Shown here: positions 55,026-63,565 of the stretch, piece after piece
Layout: every line of letters begins with the position of its first letter
Numbering within the stretch: position 1 is the stretch's first letter
From: Dehalococcoidia bacterium
Lineage (GTDB): Bacteria; Chloroflexota; Dehalococcoidia; Lucifugimonadales; QGNO01
Direction: 5' to 3'
NCBI GenBank assembly: GCA_965261825.1
Contig: OZ253484.1
Location: 289,347 to 353,346, forward strand
Length of the DNA: 64,000 nucleotides
The notes under the pieces: model-generated
What the model was told of the DNA's origin: nothing
Seen by the model: only the letters and a program-made list of their open reading frames with translations
Database searches by the model: none
Translations under genes and position numbers: made by a program

Positions 55026-56117
55026 GTGAGTGTGGTGACAGCAGTGGCGGCCCTTGCCGCCATCGGCTTGCTTTTCGCGATGGACCCAGGCGGGGCAATC
55101 GCTGAAAGCGGCTTTCCCGACTTCCGGGAGATGGACTGGAAGCAGCTGGCGGTCTGGGGCTTCCGCACGATAGGCGTAGTCGTAGCGCAGCTGCTCATCA
55201 TCGTGCTGTGGTTGTGGCCCAAGCACCGGCCCCCGCAGGCGCTTGAGGAGCATCGACGCCCGTGGGACGCGGGGGCCCCACAGCCCGGTTCAATGCCCGC
55301 GGCGGCGGTATCTACGCTGGAAGGCCACATGATATGGAGCCCGACGCTGCTGGCCTCCATCATCGAGATGTGCCAGCGCGGCACGCTGCGAATCGAGGCC
55401 GTCGGAACAAGGGTCGGCTTCCTGTACCGGCTGTCTCGGCAGGCTCCCGTACAGTATGACTGGGAGCGAACGATATGCGAAAGCATGCCCATGCCGTCGC
55501 GCGCCACAACGGTTGATGCGCTCCATGAAGCGATAATGAAGCGCGAGGATGCCATCGGCGACCAGATAGGGAACTACCTGCAGCATCGCGGCCTTTTCCA
55601 TGACAATCCGGTGCGAGTCAGGAGGGAAAACGACGACGATGCAATCGGATGGGGAATGCTGGCCGGCGCCTTGATGGGCGTTGGCAGCGGGCTTTGGGCG
55701 GCTCTATGGCTGGACCAGTGGTGGGCGAACGCCCTGATCGGCGCGTTCACATGTCTCGTATATTTGCTGATGGCGCCGTCGATACGAACCGGCATGGTGC
55801 CGACAACGCAGAGGGGAGCGCATGAGATAAGTCAGTGGCTAGGCTGGAAAGAGACTCTGGCCGGATCTGCCCCGCCCTATGCCCGGAACCAAGCTGATTC
55901 CATGTTGCCCTATGCCGTGGCGCTGAATGTGGCCCAGCCATGGCTCGATGTCGCAGGCTCGGCTCCGCCGTGGTTCGGATCCGGCAGCGCATCCTCCCTG
56001 CAGGGCGCCGACCTGGACGCGGCCTATCACGGTTTCATGCACGCGCCGGAGTGGTACCTGAGCGGAAGGTCGGGCGATGCGGCGAAAGCGGCCGAGGGGG
56101 GGGTCGTCATGAACTAG
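55026..56117 (+). CDS. DUF2207-like membrane protein
   Basis: GTG 55026 follows GGAAGGAAGG. Signal/TM VSVVTAVAALAAIGLLFA and further TMs. PGSMPAAAVSTLEG...ASIIEMCQRGTLRIE and SMLPYAVALNVAQPW resemble the C-terminal half of DUF2207 proteins. Confidence 0.65.
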   Translation: MSVVTAVAALAAIGLLFAMDPGGAIAESGFPDFREMDWKQLAVWGFRTIGVVVAQLLIIVLWLWPKHRPPQALEEHRRPWDAGAPQPGSMPAAAVSTLEGHMIWSPTLLASIIEMCQRGTLRIEAVGTRVGFLYRLSRQAPVQYDWERTICESMPMPSRATTVDALHEAIMKREDAIGDQIGNYLQHRGLFHDNPVRVRRENDDDAIGWGMLAGALMGVGSGLWAALWLDQWWANALIGAFTCLVYLLMAPSIRTGMVPTTQRGAHEISQWLGWKETLAGSAPPYARNQADSMLPYAVALNVAQPWLDVAGSAPPWFGSGSASSLQGADLDAAYHGFMHAPEWYLSGRSGDAAKAAEGGVVMN

Positions 56118-56134
56118 AGCTCAAGCTACTCGAA

Positions 56135-56752
56135 TTGGAGTCGCCGGATACCGGGAAGGCCGTGCACAGGGAGACCGACGACGAAATCCAGGACATAGCC
56201 CGTGAGCCGGATTCACAGCGCAGTTCTCGGGAAAGTGCGCCGCCACCGCCATCGGGCGGGTATCAACAGTACAGGGGAGAAAGACTGATTGAGGAACCGA
56301 AGAGCGGCGGGGGCCTCTGCGGGTGCTTCATATGGGTGGTAAGCCTGGTAGGCATAGGGGTGGTGGTCTTGGTCGTCCTGTTCAGCCTCGATGTGGTCTC
56401 GCCTCGCGACAAACCGTGTCCCTTGGACTCTCCCGCGATCCCGACGCCCGCGCAGATTGCGGTGGTCGGCGACCTGTTCCGCGATGAGTGCATGAGGGTC
56501 AGTGGCACGGTCGTGTTCCAGGACGCCGACGAGCTGGTGGTGGAGATGAAACGGGGCGAGTACGTGCAGCGGGTTAACGTACGCGACCCGTCGGAGGTTC
56601 TCGAAGCAATCCCCCTAGGCCGCGTGGTGACCCTGGCTGGGCGGCTCAAGGAGGAGGACGACGGAACATACGCAGTCTACTTCGTACCGGACTATAGATC
56701 GGACCGGGGGTGGTGGCGGAACCTCCGGGACAACCTTGAAGGGTTGTTCTAG
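56135..56752 (+). CDS. Hypothetical single-pass membrane protein with a small beta-rich C-terminal domain
   Basis: TM CGCFIWVVSLVGIGVVVLVVLFSL, then VSGTVVFQDADELVVEMKRGEYVQRVNV...VTLAGRLKEEDDGTYAVYFV. No ATG is available. TTG 56135 or GTG 56162 are the candidate starts. Confidence 0.4.
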   Translation: MESPDTGKAVHRETDDEIQDIAREPDSQRSSRESAPPPPSGGYQQYRGERLIEEPKSGGGLCGCFIWVVSLVGIGVVVLVVLFSLDVVSPRDKPCPLDSPAIPTPAQIAVVGDLFRDECMRVSGTVVFQDADELVVEMKRGEYVQRVNVRDPSEVLEAIPLGRVVTLAGRLKEEDDGTYAVYFVPDYRSDRGWWRNLRDNLEGLF

Positions 56753-56796
56753 GTGGCTGTGGGTGCGGCAGGCATTGGTGATGGCTTGGTGGCAGG

Positions 56797-57096
56797 CTAG
56801 GAAGGCACGTTACTGCAGACTTCGTCGCGGCTCGCCTTAAGGTCTTCGATCGGAGCGACGGAACTCACATAGATGAACTGCGCCTTGGCCTCGTCCATAT
56901 CTTTGGCGGTGGGGAACGTCATGAGCATGCTTGCCTCGAAGACTTCAGTGTTCCCCTGGGCCCAGCAGTCCCAGGTCTGATTGAGGATGTCCTCCTTGCT
57001 CTCGCCGCCTCCGCAGGCGGCCAAGAGTAGGATGGACGCCAAGATACACATAAGTGGAATGGCGATAAACAGAAAGGGTTGGGAGTTGATTCTCAA
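56797..57096 (-). CDS. Small hypothetical lipoprotein
   Basis: 99 aa with signal and lipobox ILLLAACGGG. Confidence 0.5.
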   Translation of the reverse strand: MRINSQPFLFIAIPLMCILASILLLAACGGGESKEDILNQTWDCWAQGNTEVFEASMLMTFPTAKDMDEAKAQFIYVSSVAPIEDLKASRDEVCSNVPS

Positions 57097-57301
57097 TGTT
57101 CGTTCCTAATAGTAGTTGGCCTGCCGCCGGAAGGTCCTGCCACAGGCTCCGGCCTGCGCCCATCTATGTCACGGAAGGATGTGGAGGGAGCCGGAAGCGG
57201 CTGTGGGGCTAGGCCGGGGGGACGCGCGAGCATAGCGAGCGCGGTGGAGGCCGACCACCCCCAACATACACCCGACACGCCGAGACACCGCTCGCGTCCG
57301 A

Positions 57302-57907
57302 CTAAAGCCACTGCTTCTGGCCGGTAACGTAGATACTCTGGAAGTCTTCATCCGACTTGGTCAGGTAGATAATGCCTTCCACCAACCCGAGTACGCCAGC
57401 CGCCATCAGAAAAGCATAGCCAACCACGTACATCAATAACCCAATGACGGCGCCAATGCCGAACATCCCCAAAGCTATGAATGCACTGCCCACAATCACA
57501 GCCAGCACTATGCCGCCGCCGCCAACTGCCAGCTGTATTATTGCGGGCTTCTTGAAGCCCAGGTAGAACTTGTGGACGCCGGCCCAGCCAAGGAATATCC
57601 CCAGCAGCCCGGCAACCACCTTGGTCTTCTCGGAGCCCATCACGCCCTCGAGAGCGCCGCCAATCCCGCCGGTGCCGGGGGCCGGCGTAGCACGGTAAAT
57701 GGCTACAGCATCGCTGCCCTGCGCCTCGAAATCCACCCGCATTCCCCGGTTGGGATTGGCCTGGTCTTTCCATTCGGTCCCGACAAAATTATATCGGTTG
57801 CCGTCATCCCCTGTGATCAGTCCCGAGTTGGTTTGAGCGGAGTAATCTAATACTCGTCCATTCATTCCCTGTTCTCCTCTCCCTGCTGCGCTGCTGGGAT
57901 CTGACAA
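57302..57907 (-). CDS. TM2-domain membrane protein
   Basis: 201 aa. KVVAGLLGIFLGWAGVHKFYLGFKKPAIIQL is the TM2 (PF05154-like) motif. The soluble N-terminal domain carries GLITGDDGNRYNFVGTEW. Confidence 0.72.
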   Translation of the reverse strand: MSDPSSAAGRGEQGMNGRVLDYSAQTNSGLITGDDGNRYNFVGTEWKDQANPNRGMRVDFEAQGSDAVAIYRATPAPGTGGIGGALEGVMGSEKTKVVAGLLGIFLGWAGVHKFYLGFKKPAIIQLAVGGGGIVLAVIVGSAFIALGMFGIGAVIGLLMYVVGYAFLMAAGVLGLVEGIIYLTKSDEDFQSIYVTGQKQWL

Positions 57908-57972
57908 GTAGTCAAAGGAGGATCGTCAACGACCTGTGCGCGCCCGGCGGGTCGGCGGAGCAGCTGCTGGAG

Positions 57973-59655
57973 GTGCTGACCTTCCGGCGGGCCGACGGGC
58001 GGGAGGTCTCCCTGGAGGAGTTCCCCCTGTCCCAGGGACTGAGCACGGGGGAGACGGTGCGGGCCGAGGAGATCGTCCTCCAGGCCCCCGACGGGCGGAG
58101 CGTCACCACCCTGATCAACGCCACGTCCATCCGCTCCGAGGAGGGCGAGGTCGAGTCGGTGGTCGTGACCATGCAGGACATGACGCCGATGGAGGAGTTG
58201 GAGCGGCTGCGGGCCGAGTTCCTGGGCATGGTGAGCCACGAGCTGAGGACGCCGCTGGCCGCCATCAAGGGCTCAGCCGCCACGCTGACGGAGGCGGCCT
58301 CCGACCTAGACCCCGCCGAGATGCTCCAGTTCTTTCGCATCATCGGCGAGCAGGCCGACTACATGCGCGACCTGATCGGCGACCTGCTCGACGTGGCGCG
58401 CATCGAGACGGGCGAGCTGTCGGTGGCCCCCGCGCCTGCGGACATGGCGACCCTGGTGGACGAGGCCAGGAGCAGGTTCCAGAGCGGAGGGGGCAGGAGC
58501 AACCTCCGCATCGACCTGCCCCCGGAGCTGCCGCTGGTCATGGCGGACGGGCGCCGCATCATCCAGGTGCTGAACAACCTCCTCACCAACGCGGCCGGGC
58601 ACTCCCACGAGGCGTCCGCCATCGGGGTGTCCGCCGTGCGGGAGGGCTACCACGTGGCGGTCTCGGTCACGGACGAGGGCAGAGGGATAGCCGCCGAGCG
58701 GCTGCCGCACCTGTTTCGGAAGTTCTCCCGCATCGACGGCGAGGACCGGAGACGGGACATCGCGGGGTCGGGCCTGGGCCTCGCCATCTGCAAGGGGATA
58801 GTGGAGGCCCACGGGGGCCGGATATGGGCCGAGAGCGACGGGCCGGGCCTGGGGGCGCGGTTCACCTTCACCATTCCGGTGGCCCAGGGCGCCGCTATCG
58901 GGCCCACCCATCTCCCGGTGCGCTCTAGGCGGACGGAGAGAGAACGGGAGCGCATCCTCGCGGTGGACGACGACCCGCAGACGCTGCGGTACGTCCGGGA
59001 CGCGCTCGCCAGGGCGGGCTACGCGCCGATCGTGACCGGCGACCCGCAGGAGGCGACGAGCCTCGTCCGGGCGAACGACCCCCACCTGGTGCTGCTGGAC
59101 CTGATGCTGCCGGGGACCGACGGCATCGAGCTGATGGGGGATATCCTCGATATGGCGGACGTGCCGGTCATCTTCCTGTCGGCCTACGGCCAGGAGGAGA
59201 ACATCGCCAGGGCTTTCGAGAATGGAGCCGACGACTACGTGGTCAAGCCCTTCTCGCCGACGGAGCTTGTGGCGAGGATCAAGGCGGCCCTGCGCAAGCG
59301 GGAAGCGCCCGAATGGGCCGAGCCGTCGGAACCCTACGTGTTTGGAGAGCTGACCATCGACTACGCCGAGCGCCGCGTGACGCTGGCCGGGCGTCCCGTG
59401 CAGCTGACCGCCATCGAGTACGGGCTGCTCTTCGAGCTATCGGCCAACGCCGGCCGCGTGATGACCTACGACCGGCTGCTGCAACGGGTCTGGGGCCTGC
59501 GGGGCTCCGGGGACTCGCGGCGGGTGCGCACCGCCGCGAAGCAGCTCCGCCGCAAGCTGGGCGACGACGCCAACAACCCCACCTACATCCTCAACGAACC
59601 CCGCGTCGGCTACCGGATGCCGAGGGGAGAGACGCCGGGAGCGGAGGAATCGTGA
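57973..59655 (+). CDS. Fused sensor kinase / OmpR-type response regulator (PAS fragment-HisKA-HATPase-REC-winged helix), probably 5'-truncated
   Basis: H-box FLGMVSHELRTPLAAI; HATPase NLLTNAAGHS, DEGRGI, GSGLGLAICK. REC ILAVDDDP, LVLLDLMLPGTDG, DYVVKPF. wHTH LTAIEYGLLFEL...PRVGYRM. The frame stays open upstream to about 57841 without a start, and PAS-like sequence begins abruptly near 57915, where GC content jumps. Confidence 0.8.
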   Translation: MLTFRRADGREVSLEEFPLSQGLSTGETVRAEEIVLQAPDGRSVTTLINATSIRSEEGEVESVVVTMQDMTPMEELERLRAEFLGMVSHELRTPLAAIKGSAATLTEAASDLDPAEMLQFFRIIGEQADYMRDLIGDLLDVARIETGELSVAPAPADMATLVDEARSRFQSGGGRSNLRIDLPPELPLVMADGRRIIQVLNNLLTNAAGHSHEASAIGVSAVREGYHVAVSVTDEGRGIAAERLPHLFRKFSRIDGEDRRRDIAGSGLGLAICKGIVEAHGGRIWAESDGPGLGARFTFTIPVAQGAAIGPTHLPVRSRRTERERERILAVDDDPQTLRYVRDALARAGYAPIVTGDPQEATSLVRANDPHLVLLDLMLPGTDGIELMGDILDMADVPVIFLSAYGQEENIARAFENGADDYVVKPFSPTELVARIKAALRKREAPEWAEPSEPYVFGELTIDYAERRVTLAGRPVQLTAIEYGLLFELSANAGRVMTYDRLLQRVWGLRGSGDSRRVRTAAKQLRRKLGDDANNPTYILNEPRVGYRMPRGETPGAEES

Positions 59656-59746
59656 GTGGCCGAGCCTGTCCTCTCCGTTCGTGGCAAGTCCTCGCCCGGC
59701 GGGTAGGGGTGAGGCCCCTAACTACACCGCCAGCTTGAACCTCAAC

Positions 59747-59778
59747 GTAAAGGTTCTTGATTTTATCCAGTTGGGTGG
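59747..59778. repeat. 32-bp repeat core, copy C
   Basis: gtaaaggttcttgattttatccagttgggtgg. It abuts the point where replication-relaxation-like sequence ends (59780). Confidence 0.85.
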
Positions 59779-59779
59779 G

Positions 59780-61266
59780 CCAGTAGTAGCCCGTATAAGT
59801 GCTCAGGCGGGCGATGACTCCCCTGGGGTGGCGGGCGCGAAGCTCGTACTCAAGATAGAACGGCACGTGAAGGCCGCCGGCGACCAGGTGACCTACGGCG
59901 TCGGGTGCGATGGCGGACTCTCCCCAGTTGTAGGCCCGGTCGGACCTGGCGGTGGGGACCGTCCACTGGAGTTCGCTCGACGAAGCTTCCCTAGTCTCAG
60001 CCTCAAGCGCCGACAGGAACCACGTGATGCCGTCTGCGTGCTTCGTCTGCCGCGCCCACGTGTCGATGCGGTGGCCGACGTGCCGCCTGCGGCCCTGGCG
60101 GTCGGTGGTGAGGGCTGTGCTCCAGATGCCTCGCGTGGTGGGGAGCTGGGCGCGGTCCCTGTGGGTGACGTAGCGAATGCCCTCGGCGGACAACGCGAAG
60201 CGGGTGTCGCCTCGTTGTCCTCGTCGCTCGACAAGGCTCCAGGTATCGACCAGGGTGCGCATCATCTGGCTTACGCGCCCCTCGGAGACGCCGAGCCAGC
60301 GGGCAAGGTGCTCACGGGGGATCATCAGGTGGTCGGTCACGAGGTCGAGCGTCCGCTTCTCCGAGGGGCTGATGCCGAAGGCCGGCGCAGCCTGCACCAG
60401 CCGCTCGGGACGGGGCAGCGAAGCCCGCTTCCGTTCCGGCGACGCGGTGCGAAGCCCTCCTCCGGGGCTGCCGTGGGCGCTCACGTCCTTCAGCGTGTGG
60501 TACGAGCTGCCGAACACCCACGAGGGTTCACACCAGAGGCGAAGGTCCCGTCTTTCGAGCCCGTCCCTGGTTTCCACGGCGACGAAGCAGTCATCGAGGT
60601 TCAAGTTTATGCAGAACCTCGTCGTCAGCCTCTCCTCCCAGACGCTCGGCGTCAGGACCAGGGTGGCATCTGGGCGTCGGGTGTAGTCGTACCCCGCGAT
60701 TGCTCTCAGCCGGTCGTAGAGAGACCGGCGCCGTAGGGCCAGACCCTGGCGCACCACGCCGAAGCTGCGGCCGTCGTGGAGGGTGATGGTGGCGTCGAAG
60801 CGGCCCCTGCGGTGGAACTCCACGTGTGAACGAAGGAATCGGATGCCGGGGGACAGTGAGGCGGCGAGACGGTAGACGGCGGCCACAGCGTCCATCCGGC
60901 GGATGAGCAGCGCCAGCCACTCCCTGGACACAGGGTAGGCGCGTACGAAGTCCGAGGGCGTGTCGAAGCCGAGCATCCCGGCGGCCTGTCTGATGCCCTG
61001 GGCTGTCAGGTAGTATCGCTGGCTCGACGGAGGTGGGCGGTTCCGTGGCCCTCCCTCCCCGCGTTGCCGTGGCCCTCCCTCCCCGCGTTGCCGTGGGCCA
61101 ACGCCAACAGGCCGGTCAAAGCGCGGTGGACTGTCGCGTGCGGCTCCCCAAGGATGCCCGCCAGCTCCGCCGAATCAACGAATGGCATACGGCTGAGGGA
61201 ATCGAGTAGCCGTTGGTCGGAAGGAGCCACGTGTCGAGCGTAGCAAAAGAGGGGCGCGCTGTGCAT
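59780..61266 (-). pseudogene. Replication-relaxation family protein (mobile-element type), frameshifted and 3'-truncated
   Basis: Track ORFs 61006..61266 and 59591..60976 join into one family-like sequence (...HGTAHL / PSSQRYYLTAQGIRQAAGMLGFDTPSDFVRAYPVSREWL...) only if one base is restored near 61029..61033. Family-like sequence stops after ...RLSTYTGYYW at the 32-bp core. There is also an in-frame 24-bp duplication. Confidence 0.7.
61043..61090. repeat. Perfect 24-bp tandem duplication inside the replication-relaxation pseudogene
   Basis: ccgtggccctccctccccgcgttg occurs twice back to back (61043..61066 and 61067..61090). It encodes the duplicated HGNAGREG. Confidence 0.95.
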
Positions 61267-61811
61267 CCGTCACAGGGCAGTGCCGGTGTGTGGGAAGGCA
61301 GCGGACGCCGCCGAGTTCATGGCCGAGGAGCCGGTGAAGCCGAAGGGCCGGGGCCGCAAGCCTCAGCCCGCAGCCACGTCCCTGTTCGAGTGGGAGCTCG
61401 CCCTTGAGCAGGATCGGGAGCGGGAGGCGGAGCCGGTCGGCGCGGGGCGCTAGGCCCCCCTGCACGTCCATCTGTGCGGCCCTTTTCTGTTGCCCATTTT
61501 CCCGTGGGGCATTGATGCCTCTTCTTCGCCCTCTTCTGCGTCAGATGGTCCATCTGGGGAAGCGGCAGGCATGGAAGCCAATAAGAGGAGACTCACTCTG
61601 GACCTGGCCTCCACCCTTCAACGTTGGCTGAAGGTCTGGCGGTCAAGGGCGTCAGCATGCTCCGGAGCGGTCAAGCCGCCGTCGACCGGGAGGCCGCCGA
61701 AGGGAGAGGCTGATACCCCGATTCTCGGCAGCGCCATGCGCCATAGCCAACACGCGCTGGGAGCGCCTCCAGGACGATATGCTGTCCATCCCCGGCTGAG
61801 GGCGCGTGGCT

Positions 61812-62171
61812 TTAGCAGAAGGGCAGGCCGCCAAGGTCAGAGGAGGTCGACTGGTCTTCCAGGCTGCTTGGCACGCACCCGCTTAAGTCGTTGCCGCTGA
61901 GGTCCAGCCATACCAGGTTGGAGAGGCTGCCCAGCTCCGCCGGTATCTCCCCGCTCTGCTCCTGTATCTGCTCAATGAGAGACGCGACGGTGGCCTCATC
62001 CACGAGGGCGGGTGCGCCCGCGGGCCCTGGAGATCCGGCTGGTCCGGGTGCGCCTGAGGAGCCCTGCGGCCCGGGAGGCCCCTGCCCCCCAGCGGGCCCG
62101 GCAGCTCCCTGGCAGGCAGCAATTGACAGGATAAGAGCGATGATCGGGATTACTGTGATTAGGGCGCGCAT
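61812..62171 (-). CDS. Small lipoprotein with collagen-like G-x-y repeats and one plant-type LRR unit
   Basis: 119 aa. Lipobox LSIAAC, then GAAGPAGGQGPPGPQGSSGAPGPAGSPGPAGAP, then IPAELGSLSNLVWLDLSGNDLSGCVPSSL. Confidence 0.65.
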   Translation of the reverse strand: MRALITVIPIIALILSIAACQGAAGPAGGQGPPGPQGSSGAPGPAGSPGPAGAPALVDEATVASLIEQIQEQSGEIPAELGSLSNLVWLDLSGNDLSGCVPSSLEDQSTSSDLGGLPFC

Positions 62172-62249
62172 TGTCAGATCTCCTGGTTGCGACGGGCGGC
62201 GCCGGACCTCACGGTGGCGAATACTGCCGCTGCGCCGGAAGTGTCCGAG

Positions 62250-62682
62250 TCAAACTTCAGCCCGCGGAAGCGCATACGCCGCTGCCAAGTCGTTGTTGCT
62301 CTGTGTGGCCCAATCGACGTACTCAAAATCGGAATGGGCGGTGGCCGTGCCCTCATCGGTTTCCCACGCGATAATGAAGTCATAAGCCGGTTGCCCGATC
62401 ATATTGAGCGTGCTGAGCGTAGCATTCAACCGCCTCGCTATCACCCTGACGGAGTCGCCCGGCGTGATGGTAGTAGTGGGGCCGGTCCATTCCGGTAGGA
62501 AACGGACTTGGCGGGGATGCAAGGTGACGAAAATCGCGGAGGAGGGGTAGAATGTTTGTGCTAGGCACCTCGGCTATGGCGGCCTCAAACTCGGGCGCTG
62601 CTGCAGTCGGGGCCGGGTCGCCTGCTGTCTCTAGTTCAGGCAGTCGCTTATCGAACGCCCAGCGAACATCTCCAAAATTCAT
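62250..62682 (-). pseudogene. Hypothetical gene remnant, apparently frameshifted (Calx-beta-like segment)
   Basis: Overlapping track ORFs 62380..62682 and 62250..62522 sit in different frames. The segment WETDEGTATAHSDFEYV resembles the dGTAtagsDY core of Calx-beta domains. Weak call. Confidence 0.3.
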
Positions 62683-63147
62683 TGGTTGAAGACCGACTTC
62701 ATATTGACCGACTTCATATTATAGACGGTTACTATATCACAGGTGTGTTATTCAAGCCTTTTTGTGTACCAGTAATGTGTCAATTTGTCACCAGGCGTCA
62801 CAATTACGACTGACCGGGCCGGTGCGTAGAGGCACGGAAGACCGGGGCTTGCGCAGTTCACAGGGACTGCGGCTGCTGCCGTACCTGCTGGCAGAAGGGG
62901 CAGCAGCCGCCAGGAAGCAGCGGGTCCGGATACCGAAGGAGGCGGGAGGGTGTGCCGCAGACTGGCTTGTGAAGCGCCACTCACGGTCAGCGGAGGCCGG
63001 ATAGCGGCCATGTCAGCCTGGCAAGAGGGTGAATAATCAGCGCGGGCGGGCTGATGGGGGCAGGGAAAAGATGCTTGGCGGGGGCCGGACCGAGCAGGGC
63101 GCGGCTCCCGCCGGAGTACCAATTGCAGCGCCAGGGTGAACCTCAAC

Positions 63148-63179
63148 ACGGAGGTTTTTGATTTCGTCAAGGCTGGTGG
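63148..63179. repeat. 32-bp repeat core, copy D (most diverged)
   Basis: acggaggtttttgatttcgtcaaggctggtgg. It also shares the left-flanking tgaacctcaac and some right-flanking similarity with copy C. Confidence 0.7.
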
Positions 63180-63565
63180 GCCGGAGTGTACCGTACTGCG
63201 AACTTTCCGGTGGGAGGTTTCGCTATAGGCACCGCATTGCATATTGTGCAACGTTGGGAGGCGGTCTCAGGTAATGAGCCCCATTCTGGCGGGAAAGCTT
63301 GGTTGAAGTCGTCTCTTCCGGCATACCACTGGCCGTCTGCCTTGAGTCCACAGACTTGTCCATATCCGCTGCTCAAGGATGCGACCTAATAGCAACGGAA
63401 GGTGGTGGTGCTCGTGGGCAGTGGACCAATTCCTAATAGGGAGACACCAATCGCTGTCACGGAGAGCGTATGTCATGGGCTCGTGGAACTCCTCCAGACC
63501 GAGACCAGTTCAATCGCTGGTTCCGCCCCATGACGAACCCAGGCAGAATCTCATGCCGTTAAGCG

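Noticed and set aside
54872-55555. 227-aa minus-strand ORF
   Set aside because: It is antisense to the DUF2207-like gene, starts inside repeat unit B, and has no recognisable features.
57936-60736. Long alternative-frame and antisense ORFs (57936-58928 +, 58306-59085 -, 59681-60736 +) in the GC-rich block
   Set aside because: They overlap the motif-rich HK/RR fusion or the replication-relaxation-like frame. They are Arg/Gly/Pro/Ala-rich with no motifs, which is the expected artefact of very high GC.
61319-61720. Small ORFs: a 44-aa AT-hook-like peptide (MAEEPVKPKGRGRKPQ..., 61319-61453) and an RHH-like start (MEANKRRLTLDL..., from 61571)
   Set aside because: They are too short and, for the RHH candidate, apparently frameshifted after LKVW. 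Similarity rests on a few residues only. They are mentioned as context for the plasmid-like remnant but not called as features.
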